Shown: positions 1-13,424 of the stretch, piece by piece | How the letters are laid out: each line of letters begins with the position of its first letter | Position numbering within the stretch: position 1 is the stretch's first letter | NCBI GenBank assembly: GCA_951406725.2 | Contig: OX597823.1 | Coordinates: 49,538,001-49,602,000 of the forward strand | Direction of reading: 5' to 3' | DNA length: 64,000 nt | DNA from: Octopus vulgaris | Taxonomy: Eukaryota | Made by a program: the position numbers and the translations under genes | Notes under the pieces: model-generated | Told to the model about the DNA's origin: nothing | The model's input: only the letters and a program-made list of their open reading frames with translations | The model's database searches: none

Positions 1-250
1 AGGTGGTGGCAAACCCTGCTGTATTCTTTTACCACATCTTTCTCTCACTCTCTCTTCCTGTTTCTGTTGTACCTGTATTTCAAAGGGCCAGCCTTGTCAC
101 ACACTGTGTCATGCTGAATCTCCCCGAGAACTACGTTAAGGGTACACATGTCTGTGGAATGCTCAGCTACTTGCACGTTAATTTGACGAGCAGGTTGTTC
201 TATTGATCGGATCAACTGGAACCCTCATTGTCATAACCGACAGAGTGCTA
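1..250 (+). mobile_element. interspersed repeat (SINE-like family E), 3' part
   Basis: The core GGGTACACATGTCTGTGGAATGCTCAGCTACTTGCACGTTAATTT recurs in decayed form at ~57490-57575 (+) and 63755-63845 (-). Confidence 0.55.
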
Positions 251-1011
251 TGATATATGTTGTTGCTGCTGCTGCTGCCGCTGCCAACTCTGTTATGTGG
301 CTTGTCTTTTACTAACATAGTATTGCCTGAAGGAAGTCTGCTAATACAAAACTTTATTTCTTTGTGGAGTTTAGTGATTACCTTGTTTGTATTCTTCAGG
401 CCGCTTCAGGATACTTTTGTTTTTTTTTTTGTTTTTCTGTCTTTTTTTGTTTGTTTGTTTTTTTTCTTTTAGAGGTCTTAAAAATTTTATTCCTAACATG
501 TTGGTGATGTGTTACTTTTGTTCAGCTTTTATCTACTCTGAAAACTGGAATTTCATTGGTGATCACAAAAATAACAGCATGTATTATGTACTTGATAAAA
601 TTATTAATATGCAGTTATGTCTAATATGCAAACAGATTAATATCAATAAATAGAATGTTTGTATATATTTCCATGATTTTTAAATAAAAATTATACTATC
701 TTATGATTTATCTACAGGAAATGATTTTTTTATTGAGTCACCATATATATCAAACGAATATATAGATAACATTATTCAGTCTTGTAATATCTGTACTTGA
801 AAAACAAAAAACATAACAATAAAATATTGACATCTTAATTCTATTTGAAGATCTACATCATATTCAATAATAAATGCCATGGAAATATTATTTCAGTGAA
901 TTTGATTTAAACTTGTTAAATTTTTAAGAAACATATTAACATTAAAAGCATTTTTTAAAGATCTATAATTTGGTATCAATGAAATTTCTGTGTCACTCAT
1001 CCTTATCATAG

Positions 1012-1488
1012 TCATCATCATCATCATCATTGGTTTGACATCCAGTTTCCCATGCTTCCATGAGTCAGAGAGGATTCACTGAGGTAGGCTTTCCCCAACC
1101 CTCACCCATTTCCCACTAAAGTAATATTTCTCCATGGCTTGACATGCTTTCATGGAAGAATGGAAATGAATGTCACTGCTTGTGTTATGGTAACACTTGT
1201 TAACAAGTATCATGTGATGCCAAGACAAGGAGACAATCACACATGCACACAGACATGCATATGTGTGTTTGTGCATGTATGAGAGAGAGTGTGTGTGTGT
1301 GTGTGTGTGTATACACATACACACACACACACACAAGAGGCTTTCAGTTTTTCATCTACCAAATCTGTTCGCAAGGCTTTGGTAAACCCTAAACTACAAT
1401 AGTAGTTTTCTTGCCTAATATACCATGCATTGAAGTTGAACCTAAAACCATGTAGTTAGGAAGTAAACTTCTTAACCATACAGCCATG
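1012..1488 (-). mobile_element. tRNA-derived SINE with family-A head and RTE-type tail
   Basis: The head at 1340-1488 matches family A. An internal (GT)n/(AC)n follows. The 3' end at 1012-1065 matches the RTE tail ..CATGGAAGCATGGGAAACTGGATGTCAAAC..(GAT)n. Confidence 0.65.
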
Positions 1489-2405
1489 TTTGGCCTATCT
1501 CGTCATAATTTTTAAAAAAATTAAGACTGTCATTGAAGGTACAACTTTTCCAAAAAACAAAAAAAAAGAGAAAGCGCTGCATTATTGAAAGCCAATTAAA
1601 TAGCTCTTAGATTTTTACATAAAAGTCAATTTGAGTATATATCATTACAAATAACTTGTCATGTTTTAGATTTTTCCTGATGAGTAAGGATACCTACCCT
1701 ACTTAACTCTGAACTGTGTATTTACTTAACATTTGTAAAATGCCAACAAATTTGTAAGCAGTCGTCTATATAAATTAAGTAGTCTTTATTAATTACATTG
1801 TCTTTTCAAAAGGCATCTCTTTCTGTTTGTCAGCAACCAAAATGAACAGGCAAACAACTCTGTCAGTAGTGGTACCATCCATAGCAAATCTTCAAACCTG
1901 AAGAGTCTACTATTGACTAAGGCACAAAAGAATCAGTGAGGAGGTTTTTACACTTACTGACACTGCATGTTGTATTGTGCTGAAAGCTACCCAGCTCTAA
2001 GTAGGTACTAGCAAAGGTATAAATTCACTGAAATAAGTATCAACCACACAGTCGTTTATTGCATTGCTGTACTGAGGTCAGTACTTCCTACAGAAAAAGC
2101 TAGTTAAAATTCCAACATCTAATCTAGGAGATTTTTACCTTTCATACATTTCACATTTGAATTGAATTCAAGTTCTGTAAGATGGTAGTCTAATACAATA
2201 TGCACTCGATTATTCCACTTCCACAGTGTTGCACAAATCTAATAGGAATCATCCAGTGAACTGCTTTGTTGTTCAAAGGTTGATAGAGATTAACCCACCA
2301 AGTGTCTGTTAAAAACCAGCAAGAACTAACCAAAACAATATACATTTAAAATAGGTAGATATTAGGAAGATATTAGTGGTTGGCATTTAAGAAAATGCAA
2401 GGACA

Positions 2406-2503
2406 ATCATCATCATCATCATTTAATGTCCCTTTTCAGAACTGGCATGGGTTGGACTGTTTGAGAGGAACTGATAAAGCTGGGGGCCCACACCAAGCTT
2501 CAT
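2406..2503 (-). mobile_element. short RTE 3'-tail fragment
   Basis: (CAT)n-TTAATGTCC..GCATGGGTTGGAC matches the other RTE tails in the window. Confidence 0.55.
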
Positions 2504-3106
2504 GCCAAAATAATGTTTACATATATCTGCTTCAATTCTAGAAAAGTTAAATTCTAGAACCTCTAAAGTTCCTATGAATCCTCCGAGATGAGCCACATTT
2601 CTGATCCCACAAAACACTGGATGTTCCCTGTCAGCCTGGTTTTACAGTACAGTGCAAAAAAAATGCTTAATATAAATTCCATTGAATGCTGCTGACCATA
2701 GTTGTGCAAAAAGTAGCCTGTGTACATGTTTGTAGCCTGTTTGTCATTACACCTCCATCATTACAAATGACAGTACACTACACTTGTGTGTATGCAATGT
2801 ATCTTATACACAAACTCAAGACTTGTGTAAATTTGTGTGTGTGTGTGCACTCATTCAGACATATCTTTAGGCTTTGTTTTTCAACCTTATAACCAAATTT
2901 CCATTTTATTGTAAGTTGGTAGAAAAAAAAACTACATGAAATGTGCTTCCCATTGTATCACAAAAATAATATTGCTTTCAGAAAACTTGTCACTAAAAGA
3001 AATAATTATTGTCAAAGATTTTTCTTTTTGTCCAATTCCATTTCATTTCTATCTTTACCATCTTATTGTTTCTGCTGTTTGCTTCTGGTGAGCATTGACA
3101 GCCAAA

Positions 3107-3108
<2 letters not shown>

Positions 3109-3172
<64 letters not shown>
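3109..3172. repeat. (CT)n microsatellite
   Basis: Perfect dinucleotide run. Confidence 0.97.
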
Positions 3173-3175
<3 letters not shown>

Positions 3176-3449
3176 TACACAGGGTTAGCCTGACTATGAT
3201 CTCATTGCATCTCTTGTGCACCTAAATTTTATGTTTGATGCACAGTTCAGAGTTCTTATCTCCCTGATAGCAGTAGAGCCTGTCTTCTTTTCTGCTTACT
3301 ATAAGTTTTTGGTAGGTTTTCTTTAAGGCGTTTTGATTCTTGGCTTAGCTCCTACATTTCAGAACTTCTCAAATCAAAATTTCTTCTTTAATTTCTCTTT
3401 GTTTTGGGGATCATATCCATACTGCGTTTAGTAGGATATTTTATTTCTT

Positions 3450-4033
3450 TAATTCATTAGTATTTAAACTGACCACATCTGACCAAAATAGTCTACATTT
3501 TTTAAACTTTCAAACTGGCCAGATCTTACACCTCTTACACCTATCCTACAATCTATTTCTAACAATCACATCATCAAAATTTCACTGCTACAAGATAATG
3601 CATGAGAAATTCAAAGCAACGTAAATAAATAAGTATTACATTTGACAGGGGAAGCACATGGCTCAGTGGTTAGAGCATCAGGCTCACACGTATGAGGTAG
3701 TTTGATTCCTGGACTGGGCTGTGTGTTGTGTTCTTGAACAAGGCATTTTATTTGATGTTGCTCCTGTTCACTCAGCTGTAAAAATGAGCTGCGATGTCAC
3801 TGGTGCCAAGCTGTATCGGCCTTTGCCTTTCTCTTGGATAACATTGGTGGCATGGAGGTGGGCGGCTAGTATGCATGGGTGACTGATTGGCCTTCCACAA
3901 ACAACTTTGTCTGAACTTGTGCCTCAGAGGGTAACTTTCTATTTTCAATCTCATGGTCATTCATGACCAAATGGAGTCTTTACCCATTACCCTTTTAACA
4001 TTTGACAGAATCATTTGAATGCTAAAGAATTAA
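3450..4033 (+). mobile_element. TTAA-flanked MITE (MITE-1, piggyBac-like) interrupted by a SINE
   Basis: Matches the copy at 19267-19488 on both sides of the 3649-3997 insertion. Confidence 0.65.
3649..3997 (+). mobile_element. tRNA-derived SINE family C with 11-bp TSD
   Basis: A box TGGCTCAGTGG and decayed B box GTTTGATTCC, core TTGTGTTCTTGAACAAGGCATTT and tail (TTACCC)n-like. ACATTTGACAG is duplicated at 3638-3648 and 3998-4008. Confidence 0.85.
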
Positions 4034-4427
4034 ACAATGTTCTATTTAGTTGTTTATTTATGCAAGAAGTTTGGTTCATTTGTGTTGTTTTATTTTTTTA
4101 AATCATTATCACTATGTTAACTGTTGCGTAATGGCTTTATTTGAATTGATGCATAACGTATATACACAATATAATAGTTATATATTGTTGAGGTAATTAA
4201 CCATGTATTCCTTGATTGTCATGCTAGAGGATTTGAGTATGGCAGAAACTAAACCATGAACTTGTTCACCAATTTCCTGGATGTTTAATACTATACCAAT
4301 TAACCATTATTAAGGCTGCTGCCTGTTAAAGCTGACTGTGTTCAAGTATCTCTTGCCCTGGGCATATCACAACAACAGCATATTGTGAGTCTTCAATCAA
4401 AATTGTTATGATACCACCACCACAATT

Positions 4428-4467
<40 letters not shown>

Positions 4468-4639
4468 CCACCGATTGCTACCTCCACCTCTTCTTTGTAA
4501 AACACTGTAGTGTGGTGATAAGCTTACTTCAAACCTTATTTATGGTTTGTAAATGTTAAAATACTTGTTCTTTATATAAACAGGCTCATCATTTTCTTCT
4601 GTGTATTAAGTAGAAGTTTGTTGGCTTATGAGTTCCATT

Positions 4640-4935
4640 GAAGGCTAGTGCGTAAAGAAAGATAGTAAATGGATTTAATACTGTGTGATGGAAAACTGGC
4701 TGTACAGTTAGTGTTGTGCTTCACAAAAATGTATACAACAACAAGCATCTTAAGGTCATTTTTCCCTGCTGAAGCTGAAGTTAAACTCACAAGCTCCATG
4801 GCAGTCTCTTCCGTTTTTAAAGCAGCCCGTTTGGGAAATGAGCCCTGCAAGGCGCAATGACTGCTCCAACAAGTGTCACTGGCCATTCTGCATGTTAGTG
4901 CCATCGCAGTCATTGTCACAGTATACAGCTGAGCA
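4640..4935 (+). mobile_element. highly decayed CRE-like retrotransposon C-terminal fragment
   Basis: ..RLGNEPCKAQ*LLQQVSLAILHVSAIAV resembles the same CRE C-terminal motif seen at 55388-55729. Confidence 0.4.
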
Positions 4936-4949
4936 CACCATTTGTTTCA

Positions 4950-5182
4950 AAGGCGGCGAGCTGGCATAAACATTAGCACGCCGGGCGAAATGCGTAGCCG
5001 TATTTCGTCTGTCGTTACGTTCTGAGTTCAAATTCCGCCGAGGTCGACTTTGCCTTTCATCCTTTCGGGGTCGATAAATAAAGTACCAGTTTCCAACTGG
5101 GGTTGATGTAATTGACTTAATCCCTTTGTCTGTCCTTGTTTGTCCCCTCTATGTTTAGCCCCTTGTGGGCAGTAAAGAAATA
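4950..5182 (+). mobile_element. young tRNA-derived SINE family B with 11-bp TSD
   Basis: Head GGCGGCGAGCTGGCA..GAGTTCAAATTCCGCC and core GTCGACTTTGCCTTTCATCCTTTCGGGGTCGATAAA..AGTACCAG with CpGs retained. CATTTGTTTCA is duplicated at 4939-4949 and 5183-5193. Confidence 0.9.
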
Positions 5183-5752
5183 CATTTGTTTCAGAGTGTG
5201 TGGCCCATATTCCCTTCCACCTCCATCTTCTACTGCTTTACCCTCCCCATCCTACTTTTTTTCTTTTCCTTTTTTTTTTCTCCTGTTTCTTTGTATTTAA
5301 ACATTATTATTTAATGCGATCTGTTGTATAATTGACTGCAGAAATATACAATACCATTCTGTTTTTGCCCTGTTCACTACATTCTCGGTACCAACTCCAT
5401 CTCTTTCTTCAACCCTATCATTTTTAGCCATGTCTTTCCCTATTTTCCTCTACATCATTTCAGACATTTATCATGTAATTACACCATTTCATTCCATTTC
5501 TCTTAATAACATCCATCACAGGTTATTCATTCTGAAACATATGTATACCAGGTTATTAATCTCGCAATACCTAAGTGATACATATATATATATATAAAAT
5601 CTTGTCTCCATCTATTCCATCTATTTTATTCATACTGTTACCCCAACTGCCACTATGAAGTTCCCGCAATAAATCTACGGATTACAACAGGTAATCGATA
5701 CTGTACTGGTACTTTACTTATCATCTATTTATACATTTTGTATAATTTCTCC

Positions 5753-5797
<45 letters not shown>

Positions 5798-5801
<4 letters not shown>

Positions 5802-6120
5802 TCATCATCATTTAACATCCGCTTTCCATGCTAGCATGGGTTGGACGGTTCAACTGGGGTCAGGGAAGCCAGAAGGCTGCACCAGGCCCAGTCTGATCTG
5901 GCAGTGTTTCTACAACTGGATGCCCTTCCTAACGCCAGCCACTCCATGAGTGTAGTGGGTGCTTTTTACGTGCCACTGGCAAGGAGGCCAGACGAGGCTG
6001 GCAACGGCCACAATCGGATGGTGCTTTTTACATGCCACCGGCACGGAGGCCAGTCGGGATGGCGCTGGCAACGGCCATGTTCGGATGGTTCTCTTACATG
6101 CCACCGGCACTGGTATCACA
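5798..6120 (-). mobile_element. RTE 3' end with ~60-bp tandem units, embedded in (TA)n
   Basis: (CAT)n tail, CTGGATGCCCTTCCTAACGCC motif and three TGCCACCGGCAC-containing units. Confidence 0.8.
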
Positions 6121-6149
6121 ATATATATATATATATAATGCATTTGCCT

Positions 6150-6368
6150 ATATGTGTGTCTGTTCCCCACCACTGCTTGGCAACTAGTGTCAGTTTGTTT
6201 ACACCCCGCTTAACCTAGCAGTTCAGCAAAAAAGAGGTCTGATTGAATGAATACCAGATTTTTTTTTTTTAAATTAAGCTCCAGAGTTGATTTGTTTGTC
6301 AAAACCCTTCAAGACAGTGCCCTGGCGTGGCCACAACTTAATGACTAAAACAAGTAAAAAATAAAAGA
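6150..6368 (+). mobile_element. SINE family A, 3' half
   Basis: Aligns with 48415-48615 and ends ATGACTAAAACAAGTAAAAAATAAAAG. Confidence 0.7.
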
Positions 6369-7029
6369 AAAGGAATGAGAGTGCTCAACTCCCAATCCAC
6401 CAGAACACAATCTTCTTTCACTACTAACCTTACAAACCTTTGTCATTTCCTTCATCCTCCCTACAACTTTCTGTTGCTCTGCTTCATGGAAACATGCAAT
6501 AAGTGATTTTTTGAGATAAACTATTAGCATTTAGTCCTGCTTGCTGCTTTTTTTCAGAATCATGGTTCTTTAGCTTGAGTTCTTCAACTTTTCCACAGAA
6601 TTCACAGACTAATAATGGTCATGTATCTTTTTAACTTGAAAGCAGTTACTTCCTATACTAAGCAAACAGAGAGTCAGCAAATAACAATGAGAATCTATCT
6701 GGTTGTATTTTTATCTTTCATTCATGCAGTAAAATGTTTTATGGATATATTTACTTTATAATATAGCTGAAGTGTTTGCTGTCTTCTAATTATGTGTGTT
6801 ATTGATTTATAGTTTAAAAATTGGATGAAAAAGAGGAACCATTTCTAATTTTAATGTGTATTTTTGTTATTTGCTAATGGCATTGATACTTTTAGGAAAT
6901 ATTTCCAGAATTGGTTTTATTCTAGTGTTATCCATAAAGAAAATTATGTAGCAGAGCCTTATAAAACCTTTTCTGTTATTTTTGTTATTTCAACTCTTGC
7001 TGTTTTATGAAATAGGAAATTTTTTTTTT

Positions 7030-7077
<48 letters not shown>

Positions 7078-8110
7078 GTTGTTGATTTTTTGTTTTTAAT
7101 ATTTTATTGGGCATTGACTGAACTAACGTAATCTATAGCTCTTTTATGAAATCAATACAAAAAGTATTGTGCTGCTATTCAGCTTTTAATGTTTAATTCT
7201 AATGGCTGATGAAAAACTCTTCATTGTTAGTTTAGCATCTCAGATTGTAAAAACACATATGCATACTTTTCTTTCATAAAATCAGCAAAAGTATATTTAA
7301 TTCCTGCTACTTTTCTGTTCATTATTTTTGAATGTTAGAATGAATATGAGGAAATAGTTGCTTTATAATTAATCTGTCCAACATATCATATTTTACAAAC
7401 CTGAGAGTTATGATGTTCTTGGCTTACAGTCGTATTTGGATTCTTTCACTCTGTTACTCCTTTATCTTTAATACCTACTTTACATGGAAAAACTAGCTCT
7501 ATGTGACAATATTAAATTGTTGCATTTTAGGAAACCTGCTCTATTGACAATATTAAATTTCTGCTATTTCAAAGATCACTGGCTTTGAGATTGTTGACAC
7601 CTGTTAGTCTTAATATTTTTATATTTAAGCTGAAAAACTCTTTTTTTTCCACTTTGTAAGGCTTAATTGTGCTTAAAGAATGGCCTAGAAGGAATTATTA
7701 GTTTATTTGCCTGAAATGATTAAAACAAACCAAAGTCCAAGAATTCAATCACACAACCATGAAGATAATAAGTAGTGTTTTTTAATTGCTTAATAGTCTA
7801 TTATGTTACTATATGGCTCTTTAAAATTATATACTTACACTCCCCACCACCACCACTGTTCCCTATGAGTAAGCCCATCCACACACTCTCTCTCTCTGAC
7901 TATGTCTATCTTTTTTCCACCTCAATTTTCTTCTTTGTCCTGCTGGGATGGTCAAGTATCTCTCCTGTAGTAAGACAGCTATCCTTGTCCTTCTCTCATT
8001 TTTCCTCCAAGATTTTAATTATTTGTAGTTATTCAGTTTATTGTTCCATAATGAGTAAGAGAAAAGTAAGAGCAAGTTTTAATAAGCCTGGCAGAATTTA
8101 TTGTAGATTA

Positions 8111-8480
8111 TCTTTTATCTTCTTTTACTTGGTTTAGTCACTGGACTGCGGCCATGCTAGGGTACTGCCATGAAGGGCTTAGTTGAACAGATCAACCACA
8201 GTACTAACTTTTAAACCAGGTACTTATTCTATCAGACTTTTTTTGTCAATCTGCTATGTTATGGGGACATAACATGCCAACACCAGTTGTCAAGCCATAG
8301 GGGGGAAAATAAATGCTCACATGTCTAGCTATATACATATGATGGGCTCCTCTTTCTGTCTCCCATATCCATTACAAGCCTTTATTTGGCCCAAGGTTGC
8401 TGTAGAAGACACTTCCTTAAGTTGCCACACAGTGGGACTGAACCCAGTATCATGTGGCTAGGAAGTAAACTTCTTACCTA
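8111..8480 (-). mobile_element. SINE family A
   Basis: Reverse-complement match to 48236-48623 over head and tail. Confidence 0.8.
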
Positions 8481-10614
8481 CCAAAATCATCAAAAATAAG
8501 TATAGATACAGTAAATAACATTATGAAAACCATTAAAATACAATATGCTTGTGTACCGTGATAAGAGATGGTTCCTTACATTCCAAGTAGATCCCTTTTT
8601 AGAAGATTTTTGTAGGGTTATGGTTTTGTTGAATGCGAAATTTCTGGAAACAAAATTTGATTAATAGAAGGTGTGTCTAAAGAAATTAATGTAGTGAGCC
8701 TGCAGTTGTTAACAATCCCAAAATTAGGCTAGCATAATACATTAGCAAATAGTATCTTTTAATAACACAGTGGATATTGTTCTGTCAGTATTTTATTCTG
8801 TGTTTTCATTATTTCATTTTCTATTTCAAATTTGTCTTCTCTTTTCCTTTTTTTCCAAATAACCTCTTCGCCTGTCTTGATGATTTTAAAACAGTAATGA
8901 AAAAAATTGCAGCTATGTTTGAAAGATCAAATTAATTTATTGTAGCATAATTTGAAACGAAACATACTTGTTTATGTGTCACTATAGGTATAATATTACT
9001 GTCTACTGTTCAAATTTACATGAAAGTAGTTTCTAACTGGGATAGATGGTTTACCATATCACCCCTGAAGCCGCATCATTTATTCATATTCATTTCCAAG
9101 TATTTTTCAGGTCAACAGACAGTCGTTGAACTGTTTAGATGAGATAGTTACGTGCATGTCTATGTTACATTGTAATTACTTCTACTCATAAATAGACCCC
9201 TTCCTTTCTCCTATTACATAATATAGCTAACCTCACTTGAGTATTATATTCCACAGATACACTTTCTCTTGTATATATATATTTGCCTGCTAGCCTCTCT
9301 TACTCCTTTCTCTCTTCAAATTTCTGCAATTTTTATTGATTTTAATTCTAACTTTCACATTCTTCCACTCTTACTATGTTGAACTCTTAACTCCAATGAT
9401 CACCTACAGTAGCAGTTGCTAAATATAGAATTGCCTGACTTGCAAATCGGCAAGCTTTCTGTTGTAATCAGAATTTAATCTGACCGCTTTTCTTGTAGAT
9501 CCCATTTATTTATCAACTGTTCAAGATTATCATTTTCTTTTTCTTAATATACATTTTGTTGTTTAAGTGAAACTTCTATAGCCTCTTTGTGCAATTATCT
9601 CTTTTATGACTGTTTTGTTGTTTTGGGTGCGTTCATTTTTTTTTTTTTTCAAATGCATCTTACATTAATTAGCGATGTTGACATTAATCATTCTACCATG
9701 CATTTGTCTAGCTAATGGAAGGGAAGTATGTGTTTAAAAGATACTGCATCTATCAAAATGTAAACTGTTTTTTATTTGTTTGTTGTTGTAGTTGGTATAA
9801 GAAAATAATATTCTACCACATAAATTTCATCTCCATTATTTTGTATTCAATATCCTACCAATTACAATCAAGTCTGAAATCCATTAATGTAATACCTTTT
9901 ATAATTTTTGTCTAGCCTTTTTATAAGAAGGTGGTGATGGCCAAAAATAGACTTCTTTTGCTTCTTAACAGATTTGATATTATGCAACCTTTGTGATTTT
10001 TCTTCATAGAACTAATATTGAAAGCATGAAATTTCTGTAAGAAAATTTCAGGTTAATTTGGGGTTTTTGTGAAAACCACATAGTGAGATTTTTAAGTGTT
10101 TCATTCTTCTGTTTACTTAAAAATTAAAAGTGAAGCAAGTTTTTTAATGCTAGGAAATCACAAAATTATGTTGATATTTTTTACTAGTCAGTATCTTGAA
10201 ATTTAGTTTTTTGATCAAAAATATAAAAATATAGTGGCCTTTTTTTATTATTGTTTTACAGTAGATTTGTCTGGTAAGGATTACAGCTTCAGAGTAGAGT
10301 TGTACATGTTTAGCTCTAATGATTTAAATTTGTATCATAACAAAATGACATCATTTATTGAACCTATGCCATAACAGTAATACTGATCTTAGTAAGCCAA
10401 ACACATCTAAGAGCTATGTAAAGGTTCAAGAACTTCAAGACTCTTAGTTCAGTACCCTTTGAGCCTGTGTTATCAGATAACATAGTCACCTCAAGCTGAA
10501 TTAGAAATTCTGGCAGATTATAAAATTTTCTTCATTAATGACAAAGGACCAAGATACCTGGCCATACTCATGAAGACCCATACCCCACAGCAAAACTGTT
10601 AAAACCAATCATTA

Positions 10615-11020
10615 TGGCTGTTCCACATAGAAAGTGCCCATGCAGCACTACATAAAAGCACCCATGTTGTGCCACGTAAAAGTGCCCATGCAGTGTCAGT
10701 TAAAAGTGCCCATGTGGAGTCACATAAAAGCACCTGTGTGGTGCCACATAAAGTGCCAAAGTTGTGCCACATAAAAGTGCCCATGCAGTGCCATGTAAAA
10801 GCACCTGTGTGGCGCTGTATAAAAGTGCTCATGCAATGCCATGTAAAAGCACTCAGCACACTCTGTAAAGTGGTTGGTGTTAGGAAGAGCATCCAGCTGT
10901 AGAGACCATACCAAATCAGACTGGAGTTTGGTGCAACCCCCGCCTCCCAGCTTACCAGCTCTGGTCACACCATCCAACCCAAGCCAGCATGGACAATAGA
11001 CGTTAAATGATGATGATGAC
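10615..11020 (+). mobile_element. RTE 3' end preceded by a ~23-bp tandem array
   Basis: About 10-11 units of GTGCCACRTAAAAGYRCCCATGYR, then GTGGTTGGTGTTAGGAAGAGCATCCAGCTGTAG..GACGTTAAA(TGA)n. Confidence 0.8.
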
Positions 11021-11274
11021 GAATGGTGAAAAGTAGCTTAGTGACATTGACAAACCATCAATCTAACTTCCAACTCTTTGTCATGAGGATGAAATTTCTC
11101 ATTAACACATTGTTTTCACAATTTTCTTTCTGTTATAGTTACTTATTGTATTTTTTAATTATTTACTTATTCAGTGTGTCTTTCTTGTGCAGTTTGTAAA
11201 ATATGTAGATGTTCTGATCTAAAAGTTTAAGGTGGTATACATTCTGCTTAAACATATCTTGATTCTCACTTATT

Positions 11275-11582
11275 GATAGCAGTTTGGCAAGAAGCTCAGT
11301 AAAGAATTTAGTGTGCAGGTAAGCATCTGTCAAGGCTCTATTCTCAACTCCCTCCTGTTTTGTAATGGTTCTCCAGTGCAAAAAAGAAGAGTTGAAGAAT
11401 AGCTGGCTATAGGAACTCTTGTTCCTTTACCTTAGATTCCTAATTTACAATGAAGACAGGTCCTCCAAAAGTACAGTAGACAGAGTAAGAGCTGGGTGGA
11501 AAAGTTCAGAGAGCTATTGGAAACAAAAAAGTTTTCTCTTCAAATGAAGGGAAAATTGTAGGCTACTTATGTACAAAGGGCA
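11275..11582 (+). mobile_element. RTE LINE reverse-transcriptase fragment with internal deletion
   Basis: EFSVQVSICQGSILNSLLF..ELKNSWL*ELL resembles VGVHQGSVLSPLLF..PWELL. It is joined to ..RVRAGW.KFRELL..KGKL. Confidence 0.65.
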
Positions 11583-12609
11583 AAGTATTAAAAACAGGTA
11601 TAAAATAATGATAATGATAGCATCCGTGTTTTATATATAAAAGTCAAAATATATACACTTCCTGTTTATCAGATGATGTCAAGAAATGTAACAGGAACTT
11701 TTTTCTTTTTGTTCAGATACTAAAGGACATTTTAGTCTTTAGGATGGTTTGATATTCCTCTGAATAGATAATTTCTGTTTAAAAACAACAACAGTCAATA
11801 TTCTAGAGCAGGTCTCACCAACTCAAATTAGCAGATTATTTGCTGAATATAAATGGGAAATAAGTCAGTTTCAAAACATTGATGTCCAGGTCACAAAAGT
11901 AAAGTTTGAAGGGAACAGTTGTCATTTCCTTTGATTAAAAGTAGATAGGAAATATCACTGACCAAAGACAAAAAAAAAAGAAAGAAAAATTTTGTATCAC
12001 AGTGTAATTAATAATCAATCTTTAATAATGTTAATTATGTTAACTGTTATATTAGCTTTTCTTTCATGCTAAATTTCAAAGTATGCCCCATGCTTTTGTA
12101 TATGATAAAGAAATTCTATTTTGGGGGTTTCCAAACAATATCCACAACGATATGACTGACTTTATTTAATTACTGGTACTTATTTTACCACTTTATAATG
12201 TATCAAATGTAAAGATAGCACTGGTTAAATTTGAGATCAGGGCCGAGTGATGAAATTAAATACTGCTAGATATTTTGTTTCACACTCCACCATGTTGTAC
12301 CATAATAAAAAAAAAAACACCACTTAACCTCTATGTATGAAATGTCTGAAAGAAATATAGTAGATAACAGTGTAAACAGGGCTGGAACCAGTAGTGAAGG
12401 TGCTATACTTGGCAGGTATCCCATTGAGCAACAGGATGGACTTGGTTGTCAGCCTGCAACTGCTAGCATACATGAAGTGAAGCAAAAGTAGAGCAAAGTT
12501 TTCGCAAAGTCCTTCAAACTTGAAAAGAACATAAAACTTTAGTTCATGGGAAATGAACAGCTGGTACGTCAATGACATCTCCAACAACAAACTGTGTATA
12601 TCATATAGA

Positions 12610-13110
12610 ATTATTATTATGATGATGATGATGATAATAATAATAAATGCCCTGATGCAATTCCTAGCAGTGACTCTCATGGCTGCTGACGTGGAAGTGT
12701 TAACAGGTATGTGTTTTGCCTTGATGTAAAAGATGGGCCCCAGCAAATATTCTGCTCAATACCACAGACGTGCTCATCAGTTACTTAATTAGTTGAGCAT
12801 GTCTCTTAGTAGCTAATGATATGCTCATCTCTGATCACAGGCAGGAGCAGTGGGGAATCCTTATAGCCATCTGTTGGGAGGAATTCTTTGGGGTTTGAAT
12901 AATTCACCCCTGGAAACATGAGGGTTTCGTTGATCACCCTTAAACAGGGGTCTTTGGAGCAGGATGGGTTACATGACCTGAATTCTAACTGGGCCCCACC
13001 TGCAAGGTCATGCACTGTTTATCCTAATGTGAGGCCACCATGTCATGCACATATGTTTGGTGTACCCCAGCATCGTTTGGATGGCACATACTCTTCTCTC
13101 ACTCACACTT
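12610..13110 (-). mobile_element. unclassified interspersed repeat with (ATT/ATC)n tail
   Basis: A sharply bounded, higher-GC block ending in a simple-repeat tail. There is no second copy in the window, so its repeat status rests on recall and inference. Confidence 0.45.
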
Positions 13111-13129
13111 GAGGTGATGTTTAAAGCTG

Positions 13130-13270
13130 TTATTGGTGGGTTGGAATTGTTAGAATGGCAGATAAAGTGTCTTGCAGTATTTGTTCTCGTGTTTTATATT
13201 CTGGTTTCAAATCTTACCAAGGTCTACTTTGCCTTTCATCTTTCAGAGTTCAATAAAATGAAATACTAGG
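13130..13270 (+). mobile_element. old SINE family B copy
   Basis: Core GGTCTACTTTGCCTTTCATCTTTCAGAGTTCAATAAAATG. Confidence 0.6.
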
Positions 13271-13424
13271 TTTTATTTTATTGAATAACCCCACTCTTCT
13301 GATTTTTATCCTTGTGTCTGGGCAAAACATTTTGTTCCTTCTATTATTATTCTCATATCTTTACTTCCCTATACATATTCTCATGGTTTTCTTTTGTTTT
13401 GCTTCTGGGTTTCATCAGTATTAT

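Noticed and set aside
1677-1712. CTGATGA followed by a weak GTA.GG/CC.TAC stem (hammerhead candidate)
   Set aside because: There is no GAAA after the stem and no supporting context, so it is compatible with chance.
9101-9160. Possible upstream exon of the zinc-finger gene (TTTTTCAG acceptor-like site)
   Set aside because: Acceptor-like strings are frequent in this T-rich strand. No convincing donor or coding signal was found, and RNA evidence is needed.
11801-11830. TCTAGAG-CAGGTCTCACCAACTC, resembling a hAT 5' end
   Set aside because: No matching opposite TIR or TSD was found nearby.
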